A program made the position numbers and the translations under genes. From a virus (Duplodnaviria; Caudoviricetes), in IMG/VR virus record IMGVR_UViG_3300047160_005605, positions 8,229 to 72,228 of that record: a stretch of DNA of 64,000 bases; one strand, 5' to 3'. The notes beneath the pieces are model-generated. The model saw only the letters and a program-made list of their open reading frames with translations, was not told the DNA's origin and did no database searches. Of the stretch, positions 8,660-16,837 are shown piece by piece (position 1 is the stretch's first letter; every line of letters starts with the position of its first letter).

Positions 8660-10028
8660 GACGGAGAGGCGAGTCCTCACCGGCATGATTACGGATAAAG
8701 ATGTCCTTGCGCGCATCGCTCCGAAGTGGGACAAGGACCTCTTTCGGTCGAAGTTCTCGAACATCGTCGGTGGCTGGTGCGTATCTTACTTCAACAAATA
8801 TGGCAAAGCGCCCGAGAGACACATAGAAGGGTTGTTTGAGACTTGGGCGACAGCGAGCAAGGACAAAGCCACAGTCGAGACCATAGATGAGTTTTTAAGT
8901 GGTTTGTCCGATGAGTATGCGAGTCTCCGCAAAGCCAAGAACAGCGAGTATGTCCTAGACCTAGCTTCTACACACTTCAACGAAGTGAAGGCGTCTAGGC
9001 ACGCCGAGCAAGTGCAGGGCTTTGTAGACAGTGGCAACCTTGACCAAGCGAAGAAAGCCATCAATACCTATAGCGATATCCAAATCGCATCGGGAGATGG
9101 CATAGACGTTCTCACGGACCATGCCGCTATCCAAAAGGCGTTTGAGGACAAGAAGGAGCCGCTAATCTCCTATCCCGGTGCTCTTGGCAGCTTCTTCGGT
9201 GATGTATTAGAACGCGATGGACTGGTTGCCTTCATGGGTCCTGAGAAGCGAGGTAAGACGTGGATGCTCATAGACGTAGCTTGGGTGGGAATGCTGCAAC
9301 GTCGTAAGGTTGCCTTCTTTGAGGTTGGTGATATGAGCCAGAGTCAAATCCTGCGGCGCTTTATGACCAGAGCGAGCAAGCGACCACTTACCGCGAGAAG
9401 TGTACTCTATCCACGCTCGTTGACGCACGACCTAGACGAGCCATTCGCTGAGGTGGTCCAAGAAGAGAGGGAGTTCACTAAGCCGTTGCACTGGAAGACG
9501 GCCTGGAAAGCTTGCCAGAAGATCCTGAAGGTGGACCTACGGAGCAAGCATTCTTACCTCAAGCTGTTTTGCTATCCTAACTCTTCTATTAACATCTTAG
9601 GTATTAGAGATGTGCTGCACCAATTAGAAAGGCTAGACTGGACTCCTGATATAGTGGTGCTCGACTACCCGGACATACTCGCACCTTATCCGGGCTACAT
9701 GGAGAGCAGAGACCAGATCAATGCGACGTGGAAAGCCATGCGGGCTATAAGTCAATCCTACCACTGCCTCTTCGTCACGGCGACGCAGAGCGACGCAGCA
9801 TCCTATGAAGTGATGACACTACACCGAAAGCACTTCGCCGATGATAAGAGAAAGTACGCGCAAGTTACCGATATGATTGGCTTGTCGCAGACCGAAGATG
9901 AGAAGAAGCGGGGTATCTTACGTCTCAATCATCTGGCTTTGCGCGAAGGAGCCTATAGCGAGAGCCATTGCGTGCACGTCGCGGGTTGCTTGGCGATAGC
10001 GAATCCCTGCATACTTAGCACGTTCTAG
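8631..10028 (+). CDS. dnaB: DnaB-like replicative helicase
   Basis: Walker A FMGPEKRGKT, Walker B VVLDYPDIL, SF4-like FVTATQ; next to primase. Confidence 0.85.
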   Translation: MRSSVRNESKTERRVLTGMITDKDVLARIAPKWDKDLFRSKFSNIVGGWCVSYFNKYGKAPERHIEGLFETWATASKDKATVETIDEFLSGLSDEYASLRKAKNSEYVLDLASTHFNEVKASRHAEQVQGFVDSGNLDQAKKAINTYSDIQIASGDGIDVLTDHAAIQKAFEDKKEPLISYPGALGSFFGDVLERDGLVAFMGPEKRGKTWMLIDVAWVGMLQRRKVAFFEVGDMSQSQILRRFMTRASKRPLTARSVLYPRSLTHDLDEPFAEVVQEEREFTKPLHWKTAWKACQKILKVDLRSKHSYLKLFCYPNSSINILGIRDVLHQLERLDWTPDIVVLDYPDILAPYPGYMESRDQINATWKAMRAISQSYHCLFVTATQSDAASYEVMTLHRKHFADDKRKYAQVTDMIGLSQTEDEKKRGILRLNHLALREGAYSESHCVHVAGCLAIANPCILSTF

Positions 10029-10061
10029 GCAGGAATGACAAGGAGTTTAATCCAGGCATAC

Positions 10062-10091
10062 TTGACATGCCGCATGCCGCAATACTAAGAT
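10062..10091 (+). promoter_or_regulatory. sigma70-type promoter
   Basis: TTGACA-N18-TAAGAT upstream of the gene at 10136 and the que operon. Confidence 0.6.
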
Positions 10092-10135
10092 AGTAGAACA
10101 AAGCGAGTCACACAACCTTGAAAGGAGGTTCGTTC

Positions 10136-10663
10136 GTGAAGATCAGGCAAGTCGCTCTAGTGTCGTTGTTCCAAGAGTTAGGTTTCGCCAACGCCGAGAG
10201 TTGGGAAGTCTCGAAGCTCCAGAGCCGAGCCCAGAAAATCCAATCTCTGCTCGATGACGAAACGGGTCCCAAGACTGCCAAAGGCCGCAAGCTCTGTGAG
10301 GAGCTGGTCAAGGCCGTCGAAGCTGAGGAGGAAATCGAAGTTATGGCAAGTGCTGCGTCTACCAAAACCGCCCCCGCGAAGGGGAGTAAGAAAGGCTCGA
10401 AAAAGGCCCCGAAGGCCGCCGCGAAGCCTAGCAGCAACGGGCCGCGCAAGGTCGGTGTCATTGACACCATCATTGAATGCCTCAAGAAGGGCAGTGCCAA
10501 GAGCCCTGTCACGAAAGAGGACATCCTCAAGGCTCTCGTCAAGAAGTTCCCCGACCGCCGGCCGGAGGCAATGAAGAACACGGTCTCCGCCCAGGTGCCC
10601 ACGCATCTCCGTATCGAGAAGAACATTACGGTCAAGAGCAACGACAACGGCTACTGGCTGTAA
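10136..10663 (+). CDS. basic DNA-binding protein: Lys/Ala-rich linker + winged-helix-like C-terminal domain
   Basis: AAGGAGG RBS before GTG; KKGSKKAPKAAAK linker; C-terminal domain paralogous to that of 322..1473. Confidence 0.75.
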   Translation: MKIRQVALVSLFQELGFANAESWEVSKLQSRAQKIQSLLDDETGPKTAKGRKLCEELVKAVEAEEEIEVMASAASTKTAPAKGSKKGSKKAPKAAAKPSSNGPRKVGVIDTIIECLKKGSAKSPVTKEDILKALVKKFPDRRPEAMKNTVSAQVPTHLRIEKNITVKSNDNGYWL

Positions 10664-10690
10664 TCGCCCTTTCCACGCTGCCACAGCGCT

Positions 10691-10770
10691 GAGAGGAGCA
10701 CGCTCTTATGTCCCCTTGTTAGGCTGCCAGTTCAGGACATAGGAAAACGGCTCCTCTCTCCTTTTTGGAG
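10691..10770 (+). promoter_or_regulatory. structured leader upstream of queD
   Basis: GAGAGGAGC/GCTCCTCTC closing stem, inner TATGTCC/GGACATA stem, then a U-run and CTCC that can pair with the GGAG RBS. Confidence 0.45.
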
Positions 10771-10775
10771 ACGCC

Positions 10776-11225
10776 ATGATTATCACTCGCCGTTTTGAGT
10801 TTGACGCTGGGCACAGAGTCTTGGGTCATACTGGCAAGTGCCGGCATCTGCATGGCCATCGCTATGCCGCTGAAGTTACCGTCCAAGCAAATGAGGTCAA
10901 CGAGCTAGGCATGGTGATGGACTTCTCGGATATCAAGGTCCTAGTGGGCAATTGGATCGACAGCAATTGGGATCATAATATGATCCTCAACAGCGATGAT
11001 CCGGTGCTACTCTACCTCTGCAAGGACGAAGCGAACGAGCGCAAGCCCTACATCCTCACCAAAACCAATCCAACCGCAGAGAACATGGCAGAGCACTTGT
11101 GGGAAGCTGTCCACATGCTGCTCAAGGGCTATAACAAAAAGAATCCGGGCCATTATGTGGGGGTGGTGAGAGTACGTCTCTATGAGACGCCGAATAGCTG
11201 GGCAGACGCGGACCATCGGCACTAA
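10776..11225 (+). CDS. queD: 6-carboxy-5,6,7,8-tetrahydropterin synthase QueD
   Basis: FDAGHRV, HLHGHRY, NPTAENMA, VRLYETP motifs. Confidence 0.95.
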   Translation: MIITRRFEFDAGHRVLGHTGKCRHLHGHRYAAEVTVQANEVNELGMVMDFSDIKVLVGNWIDSNWDHNMILNSDDPVLLYLCKDEANERKPYILTKTNPTAENMAEHLWEAVHMLLKGYNKKNPGHYVGVVRVRLYETPNSWADADHRH

Positions 11226-11266
11226 GCGCTCGCAGTGCCCAATACTAATAAGAGAGGAGCTATTGC

Positions 11267-11989
11267 ATGGTGAAAAAGCGTATTGCTCTGAACGTGCAAC
11301 CCGTGGAACCTCCACGCGCCCAGAATGACCCGCTGGAGGTCATCAAGATATGGACTACCATTCAGGGCGAAGGCCCGCTTGTAGGCATGCCTGCTGTCTT
11401 TGTGCGGATGGCAGGCTGCAATCTCAAATGTCCGCAGTGTGACACCGACTACACTTCTAACCGTCAATACTTTGATGCAAACGGACTTATCAAGGCGGTT
11501 CAAGCCGAGATTCGCAGGAACCTATTCTCACAGCGCCACCTTGTTGTCTTTACGGGTGGGGAGCCGTTCAGGCAATACTTAACCCCCGTCGCATTCGATT
11601 TAACTGCTCTTGGGATCCATGTGCAGATCGAGACGAATGGTACCTTCTTTCTGCAAGACTTCCCCTACCAAGAAGCCACTATCGTCTGCTCGCCCAAGAC
11701 TGCCAAGATCCATCCGTCTTTGTTTCACTTCACCGACGCATGGAAGTACATCATCGAAGAAGGTGGAGTGGATCCTGATGATGGGTTGCCGACGCGCGTT
11801 CTCGGAGCTAACGTCCGCGTAGCGCGTCCTCCCGAAGTTACTCACAAGACGCGCATTTACGTCCAGCCGATGGATGACCGCAAAGACCCCAAGCGGAACA
11901 AAGCACACATGGATACCGCCGTGAAGGTGGCTGTGAAGTACGGCTATATCCTGAGTCTGCAAACTCACAAATACATGGGATTGGAGTAA
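11267..11989 (+). CDS. queE: 7-carboxy-7-deazaguanine synthase QueE (radical SAM)
   Basis: TIQGEG, GCNLKCPQCDT, VFTGGEP, IETNGT, LSLQTHKY motifs. Confidence 0.95.
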   Translation: MVKKRIALNVQPVEPPRAQNDPLEVIKIWTTIQGEGPLVGMPAVFVRMAGCNLKCPQCDTDYTSNRQYFDANGLIKAVQAEIRRNLFSQRHLVVFTGGEPFRQYLTPVAFDLTALGIHVQIETNGTFFLQDFPYQEATIVCSPKTAKIHPSLFHFTDAWKYIIEEGGVDPDDGLPTRVLGANVRVARPPEVTHKTRIYVQPMDDRKDPKRNKAHMDTAVKVAVKYGYILSLQTHKYMGLE

Positions 11990-11992
11990 CCA

Positions 11993-12676
11993 ATGAAGAA
12001 ACGGATTGTACTCGCGCTCAGCGGGGGGATGGATTCATCTTCGCTGCTTGGTACCATGCTCGGGAATGGCAACGAAGTGACCTGCGTCAGCTTCCGCTAT
12101 AGCTCAAAGCATAATCCCTATGAGCTACGCGCAGCGAGAGGGATCGCCGATCACTATCGCGTGCCGCTCGTTGAGATCAACCTCACCGGAGCGTTCAACA
12201 GCTTTGAATCTGCTTTGCTGACGCAATCTCACAAGAGGATTCCTGAAGGTCACTATCAAGCCGAAACGATGAAGCTAACCGTAGTGCCTTGCCGCAATGT
12301 TATCTTTATCGCAACGCTCACGGGCTTCGCCGAGTCTATCAAGGCGAGCGTAGTAGCGATCGGCGTCCACGCTGGGGATCACGCGATCTATCCAGATTGC
12401 CGGCCACCTTTCATTTTCGCTATGCGCGACGTAGTGGATAAGGCGACCGAGGGGCGTGTTGAGCTAGCTGCGCCTTTCCTTTATCGTACCAAAGCGCAGA
12501 TTCTCGAAGGTGGTTTGCAGAGAAAAGTCCCCTACCAGCTAACGCGCACTTGCTACCAGAATCAAGAAGTCGCGTGCGGTCGCTGCGGGGCATGCCAAGA
12601 GCGCTTAGAAGCCTTTGAGCTAAGCAAGACAATGGACCCATTGGATTATGTGTCGCGCGAGATTATGCCGAAGTGA
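11993..12676 (+). CDS. queC: 7-cyano-7-deazaguanine synthase QueC
   Basis: LSGGMDSS PP-loop, VPCRN, YPDCRP, and TCY...CGRCGAC zinc site. Confidence 0.95.
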   Translation: MKKRIVLALSGGMDSSSLLGTMLGNGNEVTCVSFRYSSKHNPYELRAARGIADHYRVPLVEINLTGAFNSFESALLTQSHKRIPEGHYQAETMKLTVVPCRNVIFIATLTGFAESIKASVVAIGVHAGDHAIYPDCRPPFIFAMRDVVDKATEGRVELAAPFLYRTKAQILEGGLQRKVPYQLTRTCYQNQEVACGRCGACQERLEAFELSKTMDPLDYVSREIMPK

Positions 12677-12679
12677 ACT

Positions 12680-12767
12680 AGCGGGGGTGGCAAGCCTCAC
12701 TGCTCTAGCTCCCAGTGATGGTTAGGTAGGTGCGAGTTACACCTGCCTACGCCACCCCCGCTCTTTT
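12680..12767 (+). promoter_or_regulatory. three-way-junction RNA element with U-tract between queC and folE
   Basis: 12-bp closing stem AGCGGGGGTGGC/GCCACCCCCGCT enclosing hairpins 12697-12718 and 12723-12749, followed by CTTTT and the folE RBS. Confidence 0.55.
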
Positions 12768-12777
12768 GAGGTTTGCA

Positions 12778-13332
12778 ATGGATATCATTCAGTCTTTGAA
12801 TGCCATTAAACTGGTGATTCGCTCGATGGGAGACGACCCCAACCGAGAGGGTTTAGCGGATACTCCCAGCAGAGTCCTCGCCAGCTACCAAGAGCTATTC
12901 TCGGGGTATGAGGATGATCCTGTATCCGTAATGCGCATCTTTGAGGATGGAGCGTGCGACGAAATGGTAGTCCTCAAGGGTGCTGAGATATACTCCACAT
13001 GCGAGCATCACCTGTTACCATTCTTTGGTATTGCTCATATCGCCTATCTGCCCAAGGGCAGAGTCATCGGCATATCGAAGCTTGCTCGCCTCCTAGAGAT
13101 ATACGCGCGTAGGCTGCAAATCCAAGAGCGTCTGACGCAACAAATCACAGCAGCATTAGACGAGCACTTGCAGCCTCTAGGCAGCGCTTGCGTGATTGAA
13201 GCGAAGCACTTGTGCATGATCGCCAGAGGGGTGCAGAAACAACACTCCACTATGATTACATCAAGCCTCACGGGCGAGTTCCGCGACGACAAAGCCGTAC
13301 GGCAAGAGTTTTTCAACCTCATAAGGAGTTAG
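12778..13332 (+). CDS. folE: GTP cyclohydrolase I FolE
   Basis: REGLADTPSRV, STCEHHLLPF, GISKLAR, LQIQERLT, HLCM motifs. Confidence 0.96.
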   Translation: MDIIQSLNAIKLVIRSMGDDPNREGLADTPSRVLASYQELFSGYEDDPVSVMRIFEDGACDEMVVLKGAEIYSTCEHHLLPFFGIAHIAYLPKGRVIGISKLARLLEIYARRLQIQERLTQQITAALDEHLQPLGSACVIEAKHLCMIARGVQKQHSTMITSSLTGEFRDDKAVRQEFFNLIRS

Positions 13333-13334
13333 CA

Positions 13335-14036
13335 ATGACCAGTGCCATAGAAGATACCATCAATGCTGCGGCCACCAACGACGAACCAAACCCGCCAGAG
13401 TTTTTTGAGAACTGGTTGGGTTTGAAGCTTGAGGGCATGGACGAGCAAAAGCGCGGGATGCTCCTCAGCTTCGCATGGGACCGCTACAAGCAGAACCGAG
13501 TTAGGCCGACCATTCAACAGCTTCGGGTGGACTTCAAGCGCATGGTCGCTCATAACGTCAGCCAGGAAGAGCAAAGGAAAGCCTTCGAGAAAGCGAACCG
13601 CGAGCAGGGAGGGACGAAGCTAGGCATTACCAAGTTGGGCGAGCGCGTGCCATATCAGCTTCACTCGCCAAACGTCGCCATGCTTGAGACGTTTCCTAAC
13701 CCCGCGAAGAATCCCTATCTCGTTGAACACACTTCGGCTGAGTTTACTTCACTTTGTCCCAAGACAGGTCAACCTGATTTTGGTACAATTCTCATTCAGT
13801 TTGAGCCGCATTTGCGCTGTGTGGAGAGCAAGAGCCTCAAGCTCTACCTCTTCGCCTACCGCAATACGGGAGCGTTCATGGAACAGATTGTCAACCAGAT
13901 CCGAGATGATCTGGTAGAAGCGATGGAGCCGCTATCGCTCATAGTGCGTGGAGAGTTCAAACCCCGTGGCGGGATCCTAACTGTCGTGACTGCCAAGTAC
14001 GCAAAGGAGCAAGATGAAACGGTTACTGATGCTTGA
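13335..14036 (+). CDS. queF: preQ0 nitrile reductase QueF with ~95-aa N-terminal extension
   Basis: EFTSLCPKTGQPDF, QueF motif VESKSLKLY, and F.PRGG. Confidence 0.92.
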   Translation: MTSAIEDTINAAATNDEPNPPEFFENWLGLKLEGMDEQKRGMLLSFAWDRYKQNRVRPTIQQLRVDFKRMVAHNVSQEEQRKAFEKANREQGGTKLGITKLGERVPYQLHSPNVAMLETFPNPAKNPYLVEHTSAEFTSLCPKTGQPDFGTILIQFEPHLRCVESKSLKLYLFAYRNTGAFMEQIVNQIRDDLVEAMEPLSLIVRGEFKPRGGILTVVTAKYAKEQDETVTDA

Positions 14037-14069
14037 CTCCGGCACTTTTCCTGCAAAGGACATAACAAG

Positions 14070-15113
14070 ATGCAAAGAAGGCTAATACTAGACTCTGGAG
14101 CATATTCTGTTTGGGCACAGGGACAGACTGTGGACCTGGACGAGTACATAGACTTTTGCGCAGCGTACCCTGCCATCGACTACTACGTGGCGTTAGACGT
14201 GATACCGGGCCAACCAAACGTCAAGCGCTCGCTGCGTAATGCCGAAGAGTCATGCCAAGCGAGCTGGCTCAACTATAAGGAGATGATCGCCTATCTGCCG
14301 ATGGAAAAGGTCATCCCCGTCTTCCATCAGCATGATTCTTTCCGGTGGCTGGAGCGCTATATCAAATCTGGAGCGCAATACATAGGCATCAGCCCAGCCA
14401 ACGACCGCACCACCACGCAGAAGCTAGCTTGGCTCCGTCAAGTGCGTCCCCATGTCTTTTTCCCGAGCGGAGAAGCGCGAGTCAAGACGCATGGCTTTGC
14501 CGTCACTTCCTTTGACCTCATGCGCTACTGGGACTGGTACTCTGTTGACAGTGCGAGCTGGAAAGTCGCGGCGGGCTGGGGCGTGATCTATGTACCAAGA
14601 CAGACGAGAGGTAAATGGGATTACTCACGCTCTCCCTATGCGCTCACCGTCTCGCCGCGCACAACCCATAAAAAGCAACGCCAGACCAGCTATGAGGCGC
14701 TCTCACCTCATGTCAAGGAGATAGTAGATCGCTACCTTGCCGAGAGTGAGATGCCGCTAGGGAAATGGGCAGTAGGTAAGCGCAGTGGGGACCGTGTAGA
14801 CGGCAGAGAGATCCTCTGGTTCGACCGCAAGAAAGACACCGTGATCCGAGTGGAAGAAGAAGGCGTGGCTACCATGCACGTCCACCGCTATATTGCCAAT
14901 GTCCGCTTCATGCAGCAAGCCGAGAAAGTGCTGCCGCTCAAGCATTTGTATCTAGCTGGCGCTCCTCTACCTCCCGTGCATCGAGAGGTCGAGCTGCGCT
15001 TTGGCAAGCGACTGCTTTCGTATCTGGTCGTCGGGACAGGCAAACGACCACCATTAGCGTTCAGGGACCACTATCATGAAAGGGAGCTAGTCTGTGAACA
15101 AAGTAAACCGTGA
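14070..15113 (+). CDS. dpdA: DpdA-like DNA 7-deazaguanine transglycosylase (TGT fold)
   Basis: LDSGAYS, LDVIP, IPVFHQ, HGFA, SVDSASW motifs; last gene of the que/fol operon. Confidence 0.8.
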   Translation: MQRRLILDSGAYSVWAQGQTVDLDEYIDFCAAYPAIDYYVALDVIPGQPNVKRSLRNAEESCQASWLNYKEMIAYLPMEKVIPVFHQHDSFRWLERYIKSGAQYIGISPANDRTTTQKLAWLRQVRPHVFFPSGEARVKTHGFAVTSFDLMRYWDWYSVDSASWKVAAGWGVIYVPRQTRGKWDYSRSPYALTVSPRTTHKKQRQTSYEALSPHVKEIVDRYLAESEMPLGKWAVGKRSGDRVDGREILWFDRKKDTVIRVEEEGVATMHVHRYIANVRFMQQAEKVLPLKHLYLAGAPLPPVHREVELRFGKRLLSYLVVGTGKRPPLAFRDHYHERELVCEQSKP

Positions 15114-16116
15114 ATCATTGTTGCAAGTGCTAGAGCTAGTCCGGCCTGGTCTGTCTGCAAAAGAGATTGAGGAGCAATCATCGTGCTTTGTCTTTAAGGA
15201 TGGGCGAGTGGTTACCTTCAATGATGAAATCTCTTGCTCGCACAAGAGCCCGATGAACTTCGAGGGAGCGGTGCCGGCGAAGTGCTTTCTTGAGTATCTC
15301 CAGAAGTCGCCAGACGTAGACCTAGATGTGGAAGAGGATGACGACGAACTTATCCTTGTCGGCAAGAAGCGCCGCACCGGCTTCACGATGGAGCGCGAGA
15401 TTATGCTGCGGGTAGACCTTGTCGAAGAGCCTGGGGAATGGAAGCCGCTCAAGCCAGACTTCCGCGAAGCGATAAGCATAGTGGAGCAGTGCGCCGGCAA
15501 AGATGAATCCAAATTCAAGCTGACTTGCGTGCACATTACCTCCAAGTACATCGAAGCATTTGACAATTACCAGATGGCACGCTATCTCATCAAGGTGCCA
15601 GTGACCGATGAGTTTCTCGTTCGCAGGGATGCAATCAAACATATTATCGCCTTGGACATGGTGGAACTCAGCGAGACAGCGAGTTGGATACACTTTCGCA
15701 ACAGTGCTGGCCTCATCATCTCCTGCCGCCGCTACGATGAGAAATACCCCGCTATTGGGAAGTATCTTGACGTTAATGGGCGGCCCGCAGTGCTACCCAA
15801 AGGACTTACTGAGGTCTTAGAGCGTGCCGGGATCTTCTCAGAGGAGAAAAAAGACGCCGACGTTATCCGTGTCGAGATGCAAAAGGGCAAGGTCCGCATA
15901 CGCGGGCAGGGTAGCATCGGCTGGCACAGCGAAGTCCGCAAGATCAAGTATGAGGGACCGCCTCTGACCTTCTATATCGCTCCCAAACTTCTGGCAGACA
16001 TTACCACGAAGTATAACCAATGTGAGATAACCTCAGAATACCTGAAGGTTAGCAATGGCAAGTTTACCTATATCAGCACATTGAGCGAAAGTGAGGATAA
16101 CCATGCTGCTGAGTGA
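15094..16116 (+). CDS. dnaN: DNA polymerase sliding clamp (beta-clamp-like)
   Basis: 340 aa; VNRESLLQVL...FVFKDGRVVTFNDEI...YP pattern of beta-clamp homologues; dnaX nearby. Confidence 0.7.
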   Translation: MNKVNRESLLQVLELVRPGLSAKEIEEQSSCFVFKDGRVVTFNDEISCSHKSPMNFEGAVPAKCFLEYLQKSPDVDLDVEEDDDELILVGKKRRTGFTMEREIMLRVDLVEEPGEWKPLKPDFREAISIVEQCAGKDESKFKLTCVHITSKYIEAFDNYQMARYLIKVPVTDEFLVRRDAIKHIIALDMVELSETASWIHFRNSAGLIISCRRYDEKYPAIGKYLDVNGRPAVLPKGLTEVLERAGIFSEEKKDADVIRVEMQKGKVRIRGQGSIGWHSEVRKIKYEGPPLTFYIAPKLLADITTKYNQCEITSEYLKVSNGKFTYISTLSESEDNHAAE

Positions 16117-16363
16117 AGCAGGTATAGATATCCTGTTGTTGGTCATCCAACACGATGAGGAAGGGAGGTATCCTATCGCCGAACGAATTGTGCGATACCT
16201 AATAGGTAAACAAGAGTGGAGCTATCCATGCCAGTCTAAGAGCCGGGCAATGAGCCGCTTCCGGCGTATCAATGATTGGTCAGGTCTACTGCGAACACTT
16301 TATGATCTTCGCAGTGGCTCTGGAATGAGATGGTCGAGCGATCACGAACGATTCTGGCATTAA
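16103..16363 (+). CDS. hypothetical protein
   Basis: GAGG RBS before ATG 16103. Confidence 0.55.
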   Translation: MLLSEAGIDILLLVIQHDEEGRYPIAERIVRYLIGKQEWSYPCQSKSRAMSRFRRINDWSGLLRTLYDLRSGSGMRWSSDHERFWH

Positions 16364-16376
16364 AAGGAGGACAATC

Positions 16377-16571
16377 ATGCCACTGAATGATCTTCTGCCC
16401 ACCGCTATTGGCACCAAAGGTATTCATGTATCAGCGGAGTTGCGCGTCAGTGCCATGCACCTTCAAGACATCGGCTGGGTAGCTCAGTTGATGGAGCGAG
16501 CCGCGACGCACATCGACGCCCTAGAGAATCTGGTCAGTGAACTCAAAGCGAAAGAGAAGATAGCATCTTGA
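16377..16571 (+). CDS. hypothetical protein
   Basis: AGGAGG RBS. Confidence 0.65.
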   Translation: MPLNDLLPTAIGTKGIHVSAELRVSAMHLQDIGWVAQLMERAATHIDALENLVSELKAKEKIAS

Positions 16572-16612
16572 GATCCCGGTCCCTTACCCCTTTAGAATAA
16601 GGAGGACGTACC

Positions 16613-16837
16613 TTGTTACCATCGAAAGAAAATGCCTTGCAAGCGAATGGCGCTTTGCAGAGGATCACCGATGACCACGTGTCGCGGGACTTTACCTTTG
16701 TCCGTGACTTTCTGGAGGCCGCCGAGCGCAAGCTGCCCTATGAGAAGTCCTTCGCCAAGAAGGCGGCCAAGAAGGCGGCCAAGAAGGCGGTCAAGCAGGC
16801 TGCCGAGAAGGGCTTCGGTCTGAGCGAGAAAAAGTGA
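16613..16837 (+). CDS. small basic protein with AKKA repeats
   Basis: AAGGAGG RBS; 12-bp unit GCCAAGAAGGCG x3 at 16754-16789. Confidence 0.6.
   Translation: MLPSKENALQANGALQRITDDHVSRDFTFVRDFLEAAERKLPYEKSFAKKAAKKAAKKAVKQAAEKGFGLSEKK

Noticed and set aside
10691-12777. Known preQ1 riboswitch classes
   Set aside because: No preQ1-I hairpin with an A-rich tail and no recognisable class II/III consensus; kept only as unknown structured leaders.
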